Origin: a virus
Taxonomy: Duplodnaviria > Caudoviricetes
Strand: one strand, 5' to 3'
Length of the DNA: 62,386 nucleotides
Virus record (IMG/VR): IMGVR_UViG_3300030451_003961
Span: 1 to 62,386 of that record
In this document: positions 49,797 to 58,669 of the stretch, one piece after another
Numbering within the stretch: position 1 is the first letter of the stretch
Layout of the letters: every line of letters begins with the position of its first letter
The notes under the pieces: generated by a model
Seen by the model: only the letters and a program-made list of their open reading frames with translations
What the model was told of the DNA's origin: nothing
Databases searched by the model: none
Made by a program: the position numbers and the translations under genes

Positions 49797-49797
49797 T

Positions 49798-50409
49798 ATG
49801 AAAAATCTACTAACTCAAAATGCAAAACTCAAACAAACAAGTGATGCATTGGGAGTAAGGGTATTCAATTTTGGAATACCTGCATACAAGTCAGTATCGG
49901 GCAAAGTAATTTGTCCGATGGCTGACGAGTGTGTCAAGTTTTGTTATGCAAGAAAAGGGGCATACCGATGGAGCAATGTAGCAAGTGTCTTTGAAGAAAG
50001 ATATGAAGCAACCAAGCGAGATGATTTTGTAGAAGTGATGAGTGCTGAGATCAAAAAGAAAAGACCAGACTACATAAGGGTGCATGATAGTGGCGATTAC
50101 TATTCACCTGGGTACATACACAAGTGGCTAGAGATTGCTCGACAGCATCCAGAAATTAGATTCTACAGCTACACAAACATGGTGCAGCTGTTCAATAATT
50201 TAGATCTACCCGAAAACTATGATATTATATTTAGTGATTCAGGAAAGCAGAAACATTTGATCGATAAAAAGAAAGATCGACATAGCAAAATATTTGCATC
50301 TGCGACTGAACTATATGCTAGTGGATATATCAATGCAAGCAAGGTAGATTTGATGGCAACGAAATGGTACAATCCATGGAACAAAAAAGTCGGACTCATT
50401 TTTCATTAG
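49798..50409 (+). CDS. GP88-like (radical-SAM-related) protein, start MKNLLTQN
   Basis: CP.A.EC.KFCYA cysteine triad, IRVHDSGDYYS and FYSYT motifs. Confidence 0.7.
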   Translation: MKNLLTQNAKLKQTSDALGVRVFNFGIPAYKSVSGKVICPMADECVKFCYARKGAYRWSNVASVFEERYEATKRDDFVEVMSAEIKKKRPDYIRVHDSGDYYSPGYIHKWLEIARQHPEIRFYSYTNMVQLFNNLDLPENYDIIFSDSGKQKHLIDKKKDRHSKIFASATELYASGYINASKVDLMATKWYNPWNKKVGLIFH

Positions 50410-50415
50410 AAAAAA

Positions 50416-50447
50416 TTTGCATAGAATATTTTAATTAATTATATTTA
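50416..50447 (+). promoter_or_regulatory. Candidate promoter TTTG-N20-TATATTTA
   Basis: Intergenic; Bacteroidota -33/-7 spacing with one mismatch. Confidence 0.5.
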
Positions 50448-50462
50448 AAGACCATTTTAATT

Positions 50463-50720
50463 ATGAATCAATTTAAACCAGGAGACATAGTAACATACAA
50501 AAATGAAGGCGAATGGTTAGTCATTGCCAGGCATTTAGTAAGGTATACTTTGTACTTCGTGATAGACATTGAACCATCCTATACTAATGTGCCTTATAAG
50601 GATGAGTATGGTAATTGGCACAATAATCTTAGACCTTGTGATGATGTGTTGCAAGACACAGAGCCTATGCTTGTTCATCGTAAGGAACTTAAATTAAAAC
50701 AATATGAAACAGAAGAATAA
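50463..50720 (+). CDS. Hypothetical protein with KOW/SH3-like start (FKPGDIV)
   Basis: ORF track; FKPGDIVTY motif. Confidence 0.55.
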   Translation: MNQFKPGDIVTYKNEGEWLVIARHLVRYTLYFVIDIEPSYTNVPYKDEYGNWHNNLRPCDDVLQDTEPMLVHRKELKLKQYETEE

Positions 50721-50782
50721 TCCATTGGAGGATATGTGGCATGAGCATGGCAGTATCATAATAGATCCTGGAATGCTACAAC

Positions 50783-51121
50783 ATGTATTCGACAATCCTC
50801 CATTCAAAAAAAGAGAACACAATGAGAAAGAGAAAAAATCTAACTGAATATATCTTTGAAAAAGCATGGAGATCTGTGTGCAAGGATTTGAAAATCAAAA
50901 AGTCAGATCTGTTCAGTCCAAATCGAGCATATGAAAGTGTGAACAATAGGTATCTATTATTCTATGTGTGTTCAAAAAACCTTCTAAAGTTAAGGCAGAT
51001 AGAGGAGTTGAGCAACATGGAAGGTTTGGACATAGATCTGGCCACAATCTCAAGAGGGATTGCTAAAGTACAGGGATCCCCAGAGCTTCAGAAACAACTT
51101 AAAACAGAAATAGTTTTATGA
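50783..51121 (+). CDS. Small protein resembling DnaA domain IV (HTH); start may be the ATG at 50822
   Basis: DLFS.NR....V..RYLLFYVC...L.QI......DLATISRGI.KV pattern. Confidence 0.45.
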   Translation: MYSTILHSKKENTMRKRKNLTEYIFEKAWRSVCKDLKIKKSDLFSPNRAYESVNNRYLLFYVCSKNLLKLRQIEELSNMEGLDIDLATISRGIAKVQGSPELQKQLKTEIVL

Positions 51122-51528
51122 GTTTAGGTTTAGAGGATGTATATTACCAAGCAAGTAATTCATACTACGCAGTCAATGTAAGTAATGCACAATACAATGC
51201 TTATGTTCTGAAAGGTATCTTGATCAAGAAGTATAAAGATACAGGAGACATTGAGATTTGTAACACAAAAAAAGGGGGTTACAAATATCCTGAAATATCT
51301 CCTGATGATTATCTTATATTTCGTGAGCATGGATTTGAACTAGGTTGTATAGAATTAAGTTTGAAAAATATAACTGAATCATTAGATATAGTAAAAGAAG
51401 TTATCCAATTAGAAATAACTAAAAGGAGAAACACAAAGGCATTGGCCTCTGCAAAGGGTAGGAGGGAAATGCTATTAAATAAGTATAACAAAACCCTTAA
51501 ATTAAAATCAAAATTAAATCATGAGTAA
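51118..51528 (+). CDS. Hypothetical protein (136 aa)
   Basis: Coupled ORF in the replication operon. Confidence 0.6.
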   Translation: MSLGLEDVYYQASNSYYAVNVSNAQYNAYVLKGILIKKYKDTGDIEICNTKKGGYKYPEISPDDYLIFREHGFELGCIELSLKNITESLDIVKEVIQLEITKRRNTKALASAKGRREMLLNKYNKTLKLKSKLNHE

Positions 51529-52054
51529 ATTGAAAACCATTAACATTAAAGGTAAAGAGTATGTCGAGGTTCATGAAAGACTTAGATACTTTCGTGCTAA
51601 CTTTCCAGATCACTCTTTGATTTCAGAGGTCATTGAAAAGACAGAGAATTCTATCTTGATCATGGCTTATGTCATTGATGCTGATGACAACACTATTGCT
51701 ACAGGTTTGGCAGAGGAGGAAAAAGGAAGTAGTTTTATAAACAAAACATCCTATGTTGAGAACTGTGAAACAAGTGCATGGGGTAGGGCATTAGCAAACT
51801 TCGGTATTGGATTAGAAACTTCAGTCGCTTCGGCTGATGAGGTTGCCAATGCTATTGAGAATCAAAAGAGCACTAAAACAAAACTTACAAAGTCAAGTAA
51901 GAATTGGGGTAAGGTTAGTGAGTATGTTCAGCAACACAAGAAGTGGAAAACTGATTTCGACAAGATGATTGCAAACATAAAAACTAAATACGATTTACCT
52001 GTTCCTACTGTGACAGCAATTAAAAAGATCTATGAAGAATCAAACAGCAATTAA
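51521..52054 (+). CDS. Single-strand annealing protein (Rad52/Sak-like recombinase)
   Basis: IKGKEYV.V.ERL and TSYVENCETSAWGRAL..FGIG motifs; next to an exonuclease gene. Confidence 0.65.
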   Translation: MSKLKTINIKGKEYVEVHERLRYFRANFPDHSLISEVIEKTENSILIMAYVIDADDNTIATGLAEEEKGSSFINKTSYVENCETSAWGRALANFGIGLETSVASADEVANAIENQKSTKTKLTKSSKNWGKVSEYVQQHKKWKTDFDKMIANIKTKYDLPVPTVTAIKKIYEESNSN

Positions 52055-52769
52055 AAAGTTAAAGGATGATAAGAATTATTATGGCGAATATGGTCGTCAG
52101 TTCTTATCCAACTCTGACATTGCTTCATTGCTTTGGAATCCACAAGAATTTAGAAAAAGTTCATTGGAAGGAAAGGCAATCGTAGAGGGCAGATATTTTC
52201 ATACCCTTATGCTAGAGCCAGACAAACTAAAAGAGTTTCCTATATGCTCTGCAAACATGCGTAGAGGCAAGGTTTGGGATGAATGTATAGAGGAGTTTGG
52301 GACTACAGACATCATACTACAAAAAGAAGCTGATGATATACAGAAAGCTGCAGATAAAATGAGATCGAATTTATATTTCTTTGAACAAATTTATCAAGAG
52401 GAAAACATATTCGAACAACCTGGCATTCTTGAGTTGTATGGAGAGAAGTGGAAAGGCAAAGCCGATGTCTTAACAAAAGATTTTGTGATAGATCTTAAGA
52501 CAACAAGTTCAATCAAAGATTTTAAAAAGAATTCTTATTGGTATTGTTACGATTCACAGTCGTATTTATACAGCCAAATCTTTGGAAAGCCTATGAAGTT
52601 TCTCGTTATAGATAAAAAAACTCATCAGCTTGGAGTCTTTGAACCTGGAGACCACATGTATGAAAGTGGTAAACAAAAAGTTATCAAAGCAGTTGAGGAG
52701 TATAGAAGGTTCTATGGATCTAATCCAACCGAGGATATAGAGAGTTACTTTATACATGAAATTATATAG
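52032..52769 (+). CDS. PD-(D/E)XK exonuclease, RecE/exonuclease VIII-like
   Basis: LSNSDI, G..FH...LEP, KGKAD....VIDLKTT and Y.SQ.YLY motifs. Confidence 0.8.
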   Translation: MKNQTAIKKLKDDKNYYGEYGRQFLSNSDIASLLWNPQEFRKSSLEGKAIVEGRYFHTLMLEPDKLKEFPICSANMRRGKVWDECIEEFGTTDIILQKEADDIQKAADKMRSNLYFFEQIYQEENIFEQPGILELYGEKWKGKADVLTKDFVIDLKTTSSIKDFKKNSYWYCYDSQSYLYSQIFGKPMKFLVIDKKTHQLGVFEPGDHMYESGKQKVIKAVEEYRRFYGSNPTEDIESYFIHEII

Positions 52770-52814
52770 AGTGGTTGAAAGTTCCACGACTACTCTATTT
52801 ATAAAAGATGGAAC
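52766..52814 (+). promoter_or_regulatory. H-type RNA pseudoknot in the leader of the putative SSB gene
   Basis: Stem 1 ATAGAGTGGTTG/CGACTACTCTAT; loop GTTCCA (52781-86) complementary to TGGAAC (52809-14). Confidence 0.65.
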
Positions 52815-52834
52815 ATTAATTAATTTTTTTTATT

Positions 52835-53089
52835 ATGGATAAAAACAATAAACAAGATGAGAAAATCTTTGCAGATGGCTTCTCATTCAAAAGGAGAGAT
52901 GATGCACCTGACTTTGTTGTGGGAGAAATTAGTGTCAAGGTTGACAACGCAGTAAAATTTCTACAAAGCAACCAAAAGAATGGGTGGGTTAATCTCAAAG
53001 TAAACACAGCAAAGAGCACAGGCAAACCATACATCGAATTAGATACATGGGAGCCTACTAAAAAAGATAAAGTAGAACTAGACTTTTAG
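52835..53089 (+). CDS. Putative small single-stranded DNA-binding protein
   Basis: 84 aa, beta-rich, APDF..G.I.V motif, acidic/aromatic C-terminus (VELDF); lies between exonuclease and primase. Confidence 0.55.
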   Translation: MDKNNKQDEKIFADGFSFKRRDDAPDFVVGEISVKVDNAVKFLQSNQKNGWVNLKVNTAKSTGKPYIELDTWEPTKKDKVELDF

Positions 53090-53109
53090 TCAGTGTGTGT
53101 TGACTTCCT

Positions 53110-53175
53110 GGGACTTTAGTTACCCTGCCATACGAGAGAATTCACAAGCTACTTGGGCAGGGGACTTGTCCCTTT
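53110..53175 (+). promoter_or_regulatory. Long hairpin before the primase-helicase (terminator or leader)
   Basis: GGGAC/GTCCC, AGTT/GACT and CCCTGCC/GGCAGGG nested stems, followed by only TTT. Confidence 0.55.
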
Positions 53176-53190
53176 AATATAATTTAATAA

Positions 53191-55617
53191 ATGATAACAA
53201 TATTTAAGAACATAAAAGAAACAGAAACCCCTTATCATAGAGAGATTAATTTTATATTGGATAGAATCAGAAATGGAAGTTCTAAAGAGAGAGTAAAGTT
53301 AATAAGACAAGAAAAAGATAAGACACTACGAAATAAAATCAAGCAAGATTTACCTGCTATATGTTTCTCTGGAAAGTTCAACAAAAGATCTGACACATCT
53401 TTGTTGGAGCATAGTGGTTTTATTTGTTTAGATTTTGATGGTTATAAAACCAAGAAGGATCTGATGAGTGCAAAGGAATCGTTGAGTAAAAATAAATATG
53501 TTTACTCTGTATTTGTTTCTCCTTCAGGAAATGGATTGAAAACTTTGGTTAAGATACCACAAGATTCTGACAATCATATCGGTTACTTTAGGGCTTTGGA
53601 AGAGTATTTCAAATCAGAATACTTTGATAAAGCATGTAAGAATATAAGCAGAGTCTGTTATGAATCCTATGATCCACTCATTTATGTGAATGAGAACAGT
53701 AGTTTGTGGGATAAAATAGAGGAGCATGAGTATAGGCCTATAGATAAATTTAAAGAGAGACCAACCATACCTATTACAGATGAGAATAAAGTAATCGAAA
53801 GATTGATGGCATGGTGGAAAAAGAAATATGGTTTTATAGAGGGAGAAAGAAACAACAATCTATATGTATTAGCAGCAGCTTTCAATGACTTCGGAATCAA
53901 CAAGTCTCTTGCTGAGTACATCATGTCTGACTTTCAATCCAAGGATTTTAGTTTATCAGAAATTAAAACCACTATTGATTCAGCATATAGACATGCTCAT
54001 AAGTTTGGCACAAAGTATTATGAGGATGAGGAAAAGGTTTTTCAGATCAGACAAAAAATAAAAAAGGGTGTGCCAAAAAAAGAAATTCGTTCTCAATTAA
54101 TCGACTCCAATATTGAGGATGATGTAGCAACACTTGTTATAAACCAAATTGAAGAGGATGAATCAAGCAGAAGGTTTTGGACAAAGTCAGATAAAGGAGT
54201 CATAAAGATTGTACATTACTTGTTCAGAGAATTCTTGGAAGAAAGTGGTTTCTTTAAGTTTTGTCCTGAAGGTGGAAAGAGTTTTGTGTTTGTAAAAGTA
54301 ACGAACAATCTTATAGATCATACAAACGAAACTGAAATCAAAGATCATGTCCTAGATTATTTAGAAAACAAAGTAGAGGACTTAGAAGTGTATAACTTTT
54401 TTGCCGACAAAACCAGGTTCTTTCGAGAGGACTTTCTTTCATTGCTTAATCCTGTCAATGCATTTTTTATTTCAGATGATAAGTATACATCTTATTTATA
54501 CTACAGAAATTGTGCAGTCAAAGTAACAAACAAAGGTGTAACTCAGATAGATTACATAGATCTTGATGGGTTTGTTTGGAAAGATCATGTTATCGATCGA
54601 GATTATATTGACTGTGAAATAGATGAGTGTGACTTTCAAAAATTTATTGGTAATGTTTGTGGTCAAGATAAAGTGAGAATCAAATCAATGGAAAGCACCA
54701 TGGGTTATTTACTACATGGTTTTAAAAATTTATCGTACTCGCCTGCAGTAATATTAAATGATGAAGTAATATCTGATAATCCTGAAGGTGGTACAGGCAA
54801 GGGAATATTTATGAATGCCATATCACAAATGAAAAAAGTAGTTGTGATTGATGGCAAAGGTTTTACATTTGAAAAATCATTTGCATATCAACTAGTATCG
54901 GCAGACACACAGGTATTAGTATTTGATGATGTTAAAAAGCATTTTGATTTTGAAAGATTATTCTCTGTGGTTACAGAGGGATTGACATTAGAAAAGAAAA
55001 ACAAAGATGCTATCAAGATACCATTTAGTAAATCTCCTAAGATTGCTATCACTACAAACTATGCAATCAGAGGTAAAGGTTCATCCTTTGAAAGAAGAAA
55101 GTGGGAACTTGAATTCAAGCAACACTATAACAGTATACACACACCATTTCAGGAGTTCGGTAAATTATTATTTGGAGATTGGAATGATGATGAATGGTGT
55201 TTGTTTGATAACTATATGGTTACTAACCTTCAGAACTTTTTGAAAACAGGATTGGTCAAAAGTGAATTCGTAAATCTTAAGATTAGAAAACTATCTGCTG
55301 AAACTTGCCACGACTTTATCGAGTGGTGTGGATTGATTGATGGATCTGAAAAGAACGAAAAGCTTGTAATCAACAAGGTAATTTTGAAAAAAGAATTGTA
55401 TTCAGAATTTATATTAGAAAACCCAGACTATGCACCTAGAGGTAAGATGTCTATATCAATGAATAAGTTTTATAAGTGGTTGAACTCTTATGGACAATTC
55501 ATGACAGGACTTGCACCTATTGAAGGTAGAAGTAGCGAGGGTAGATGGATAAAATTTATAGATGAGAAAGAAAAAGAAAAAAATAATCAGACAGATGCCT
55601 TCGACATTCCCTTCTGA
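53191..55617 (+). CDS. Primase-helicase (VirE-N/BT4734-like primase, PriCT, P-loop helicase)
   Basis: HSGFICLDFD, FVSPSGNGLK, R.CYESYDP, GERNN.LY..A, Walker A GGTGKG and Walker B LVFDD motifs. Confidence 0.85.
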   Translation: MITIFKNIKETETPYHREINFILDRIRNGSSKERVKLIRQEKDKTLRNKIKQDLPAICFSGKFNKRSDTSLLEHSGFICLDFDGYKTKKDLMSAKESLSKNKYVYSVFVSPSGNGLKTLVKIPQDSDNHIGYFRALEEYFKSEYFDKACKNISRVCYESYDPLIYVNENSSLWDKIEEHEYRPIDKFKERPTIPITDENKVIERLMAWWKKKYGFIEGERNNNLYVLAAAFNDFGINKSLAEYIMSDFQSKDFSLSEIKTTIDSAYRHAHKFGTKYYEDEEKVFQIRQKIKKGVPKKEIRSQLIDSNIEDDVATLVINQIEEDESSRRFWTKSDKGVIKIVHYLFREFLEESGFFKFCPEGGKSFVFVKVTNNLIDHTNETEIKDHVLDYLENKVEDLEVYNFFADKTRFFREDFLSLLNPVNAFFISDDKYTSYLYYRNCAVKVTNKGVTQIDYIDLDGFVWKDHVIDRDYIDCEIDECDFQKFIGNVCGQDKVRIKSMESTMGYLLHGFKNLSYSPAVILNDEVISDNPEGGTGKGIFMNAISQMKKVVVIDGKGFTFEKSFAYQLVSADTQVLVFDDVKKHFDFERLFSVVTEGLTLEKKNKDAIKIPFSKSPKIAITTNYAIRGKGSSFERRKWELEFKQHYNSIHTPFQEFGKLLFGDWNDDEWCLFDNYMVTNLQNFLKTGLVKSEFVNLKIRKLSAETCHDFIEWCGLIDGSEKNEKLVINKVILKKELYSEFILENPDYAPRGKMSISMNKFYKWLNSYGQFMTGLAPIEGRSSEGRWIKFIDEKEKEKNNQTDAFDIPF

Positions 55618-55852
55618 TTTCAGATGGTGTATTGAAAATGATTGGCAAGTTTATGTTGTACCTTATGGCAACCAGGCTAAGATCGGAATTAGAAAAGGTG
55701 GTATCAGTTCTCAAGGTAAAAATTACCATACAGAAAAGGGTATTGTATACAGAAGTACAGAACAGTTGGGAGAAAAAATTTATGACACACAACAAGAAGC
55801 AGGTGTTGAAGCTTGCTATGTAATGAAAAAACTTAAACAAAAATATGGATGA
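55562..55852 (+). CDS. Hypothetical protein (start uncertain)
   Basis: Overlaps the primase end and couples to the next gene. Confidence 0.5.
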   Translation: MRKKKKKIIRQMPSTFPSDFRWCIENDWQVYVVPYGNQAKIGIRKGGISSQGKNYHTEKGIVYRSTEQLGEKIYDTQQEAGVEACYVMKKLKQKYG

Positions 55853-56072
55853 CGAATTTGTAGTTCATGTAGCCATGCTGAACTCTTATGATGTTCTTGT
55901 TAATAAAGTATCTCCAAATGAATTTTTGGAAACAGATCTTCCATACTTTGCTCACAATGTAGGTATACCACCATCGAATGATGACATACTAAATCTGATT
56001 GATTACTTTTCTGATCAAGAGGATTATGAAAAATGTAAAGAGCTTACTAATTTAATTAAAGTAATATTATGA
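55845..56072 (+). CDS. Small protein with UVR-like C-terminal motif
   Basis: F.DQEDYEKC.EL resembles the UvrB/C coiled-coil motif. Confidence 0.55.
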   Translation: MDDEFVVHVAMLNSYDVLVNKVSPNEFLETDLPYFAHNVGIPPSNDDILNLIDYFSDQEDYEKCKELTNLIKVIL

Positions 56073-57301
56073 TAAAATTCAGAACATATCAACAAGCAAT
56101 CATAGATGAAGGATCCAAGATCTTACGATCCAATCGATTCCTTTACTTATCTATGGAAGTCAGGACAGGTAAAACTCTTACTGTGCTTGGCATAGCAGAT
56201 CGTTTGCAGTTTAAAAATGTATTGTTTGTTACAAAGAAAAAAGCCATATCATCTATCATGGATGATTACAATAGTCTCAAACCATCTTTTGATATACATG
56301 TAATCAACTACGAAAGTTTACATAAGATACCAAAAGTAAGTTGGGATATGATTGTGTGTGATGAAGCACACAGTCTAGGTGCTTTCCCAAAACCAAATAA
56401 AAGAGCTAAATTAGTAAAGGAAATTATTAAGACACATACACCATCTGTAGTGTTGATGTCGGGTACACCTACACCTGAGTCGTACAGTCAAATGTATCAC
56501 CAGGTGTTTGGTATACCTAATAATCCTTTCAAAGAGTTTGTAAACTTTTACAAGTTTGCTCGTAAGCATGTTTTTATAAGACCTAAAGTTATTAATGGTT
56601 ACACTATGAATGATTATTCAAAAGGTAATACATCCATTATAACTGCTATGAAACCATACACTATCAACTTTAGTCAGAAGGCAGCAGGCTTTGTTGTTGA
56701 TACCCAAGAAAAAGTTTTGACTGTTAAGATGTGTGAGCTCACCTATAGTTTGATATCCAAACTTAAAAAGCATTTAGTCCTGGAGGGAACTGATGAGGTT
56801 GTGTTAGCCGATACTTCAGTAAAGCTTATGAACAAGCTTCATCAAATGTATTCAGGTACAGTCAAGTTTGAAAGTGGTAATCACTTGGTATTAGATTATA
56901 GCAAGGCACAGTACATAGCAAAACATTTTGCTGATAAAAAGATTGGCATATTCTACAAGTTCAAAGCCGAGTTAGAAGCATTGAAAGATACCCTGGGCGA
57001 TCGACTTGTAACTAATTTGGAAGATTTCAAATCTAATGACAAGCATATTGCTTTACAAATACAGAGTGGTCGAGAGGGAATATCCCTGAAAGAAGCTGAT
57101 GCTTTGGTTTACTACAACATTGATTTCTCTGCCACTAGTTATTGGCAGTCAAGAGATCGTATGACTACCAAAGATAGATTAAAGAACAATATTTATTGGC
57201 TGTTTGCAGACAAAGGCATTGAGTCTCAGATCTATAAAGCTGTGACTAAAAAGAAGGACTATACATTATACCACTTCAAAAAAGATTTTATAATCAATTA
57301 G
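56069..57301 (+). CDS. Superfamily 2 (SNF2-like) helicase
   Basis: RTYQ Q-motif, RTGKT, DEAH, SGTP, SGREGISL and QSRDR motifs. Confidence 0.88.
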   Translation: MIKFRTYQQAIIDEGSKILRSNRFLYLSMEVRTGKTLTVLGIADRLQFKNVLFVTKKKAISSIMDDYNSLKPSFDIHVINYESLHKIPKVSWDMIVCDEAHSLGAFPKPNKRAKLVKEIIKTHTPSVVLMSGTPTPESYSQMYHQVFGIPNNPFKEFVNFYKFARKHVFIRPKVINGYTMNDYSKGNTSIITAMKPYTINFSQKAAGFVVDTQEKVLTVKMCELTYSLISKLKKHLVLEGTDEVVLADTSVKLMNKLHQMYSGTVKFESGNHLVLDYSKAQYIAKHFADKKIGIFYKFKAELEALKDTLGDRLVTNLEDFKSNDKHIALQIQSGREGISLKEADALVYYNIDFSATSYWQSRDRMTTKDRLKNNIYWLFADKGIESQIYKAVTKKKDYTLYHFKKDFIIN

Positions 57302-57309
57302 TACCTTTG
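57302..57309 (+). promoter_or_regulatory. -7 promoter box TACCTTTG
   Basis: Exact TAnnTTTG only 4 nt before the ATG at 57314. Confidence 0.55.
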
Positions 57310-57313
57310 TAGA

Positions 57314-57550
57314 ATGACTGAGCAGCAAATCCAATCTAAAAGAATTAAAGAACTTGAGTCAGAAGGTTACTATGTAATCAAACTTATCAAGACAAACAAG
57401 AATGGCATACCAGATCTATTGGCGATACCTCCTGGATCTGATGTGTTGTTTAGTGAAATCAAAACTGCTAAAGGGAAGGTATCAAAGTTACAAGAATATA
57501 GAATTAAAGAATTAAATAATTATGGATTTAGAACAGAAATTTTTAAGTGA
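57314..57550 (+). CDS. VRR-NUC domain nuclease
   Basis: E..IQ, GIPDL, F.EIK...GKVS.LQ motifs. Confidence 0.85.
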   Translation: MTEQQIQSKRIKELESEGYYVIKLIKTNKNGIPDLLAIPPGSDVLFSEIKTAKGKVSKLQEYRIKELNNYGFRTEIFK

Positions 57551-57896
57551 GTTGCAGTTTCATTTTGAAATGGAGGAAACATTCCTGGACAAAATGAGAA
57601 GTTGCGATGCAAGATTGGGATTGAGAATTGCCACACATATTGATAACTTAAACATCACAAATGTTCCGATCAAAGATGATTGGCAAATATATGGTGGTGT
57701 TGTAGTGTTCCAGGATGAACCCCACTTTTTTGCAGTTCAACTTTATCGTGATTGTTATTCAATCGTGATACTAGATGACATACTTACTATATCTTCTGAT
57801 CAATATTTAGATCTATACAATCTCAATAAAATAATATCACATGGTACTGACACCTCAAAATCTAAAACAAGTAATAAACAAAAAGCTACAGCTTAA
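57522..57896 (+). CDS. Hypothetical protein (124 aa)
   Basis: ORF overlapping both neighbours. Confidence 0.55.
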   Translation: MDLEQKFLSELQFHFEMEETFLDKMRSCDARLGLRIATHIDNLNITNVPIKDDWQIYGGVVVFQDEPHFFAVQLYRDCYSIVILDDILTISSDQYLDLYNLNKIISHGTDTSKSKTSNKQKATA

Positions 57897-58368
57897 TCTA
57901 GATATCAAGTCTAGACAAAAGCATATTACAGAAGCACGAAGCATCTATTGTTTTTTGTTGCGAAGTCTTTTTAAAATGCAATACATACATATCGCAGAAA
58001 CATTGGACTGTATTGAAAACCATGCGACTATTATAAACTCTATCAAAAGGTTCAAAGAGTGGCACGATACTGACAAAGATTTCAAAGAAAAATTTAATGA
58101 CATATTGAAACTAATATATAGCATAGATAAAAATTTAATATCTAACAATGTGCAGACAGGTGAACTATTAAATGCTGATAAATTGTTTCTTGAAAATCAA
58201 TTGTCTGGATATGAAAACACCATCATTGATCTGTCAGAAAAATTAAAACGATATGATAAATTCATAGACATCATAGAAAAAGTTCCTGAAAAAAATTGGG
58301 AAGAAATGTATCAGAAAATGGTGATGTTTTACAAATCTGTCCTGTGGAAAAGTAAAATACTAAAATAG
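57841..58368 (+). CDS. Protein with DnaA domain IV-like HTH and coiled coil
   Basis: KSR.K.I.EARSIYCFL.R......IA..L....HATIINSIKR matches the DnaA C-terminal pattern. Confidence 0.65.
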   Translation: MVLTPQNLKQVINKKLQLNLDIKSRQKHITEARSIYCFLLRSLFKMQYIHIAETLDCIENHATIINSIKRFKEWHDTDKDFKEKFNDILKLIYSIDKNLISNNVQTGELLNADKLFLENQLSGYENTIIDLSEKLKRYDKFIDIIEKVPEKNWEEMYQKMVMFYKSVLWKSKILK

Positions 58369-58411
58369 TTATTAACAAAACAAAACAAAATGTTGATAAC
58401 TAATAATAACT

Positions 58412-58443
58412 TTTGTAATAATGCAAAATTATTTGTAGCTTTT
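58412..58443 (+). promoter_or_regulatory. Candidate promoter TTTG-N20-TAGCTTTA
   Basis: Intergenic; same layout as 50416-50447. Confidence 0.45.
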
Positions 58444-58459
58444 ATCAAAGACTAACCCT

Positions 58460-58669
58460 TTGACTTTAGAGAACAAAAATAAACAGCCACTAAATCACAA
58501 CAAAAACTCTCTGACTTTTATAAATTATGTCATGAGTCATATCAATGGCTTGACCGACAATGTGTATGAAGACTTGGTTGATCAAGATTATGATTCTTTA
58601 GATAAGAATATTAATGATCTTGTAGGTACTCTAAAGGAGTTACAACTTTCCTACCAAGATGAATTATAA
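58460..58669 (+). CDS. Hypothetical protein (69 aa)
   Basis: TTG-start ORF overlapping the next gene. Confidence 0.5.
   Translation: MTLENKNKQPLNHNKNSLTFINYVMSHINGLTDNVYEDLVDQDYDSLDKNINDLVGTLKELQLSYQDEL

Noticed and set aside
49597-49797. N-terminal extension of the GP88-like ORF given in the track
   Set aside because: Overlaps ORF 49551-49796 in another frame; the ATG at 49798 with an AT-rich leader is the better start.
52767-52769. Stop-codon readthrough stimulated by the pseudoknot
   Set aside because: The TAG lies inside stem 1 rather than several nt upstream of the structure.
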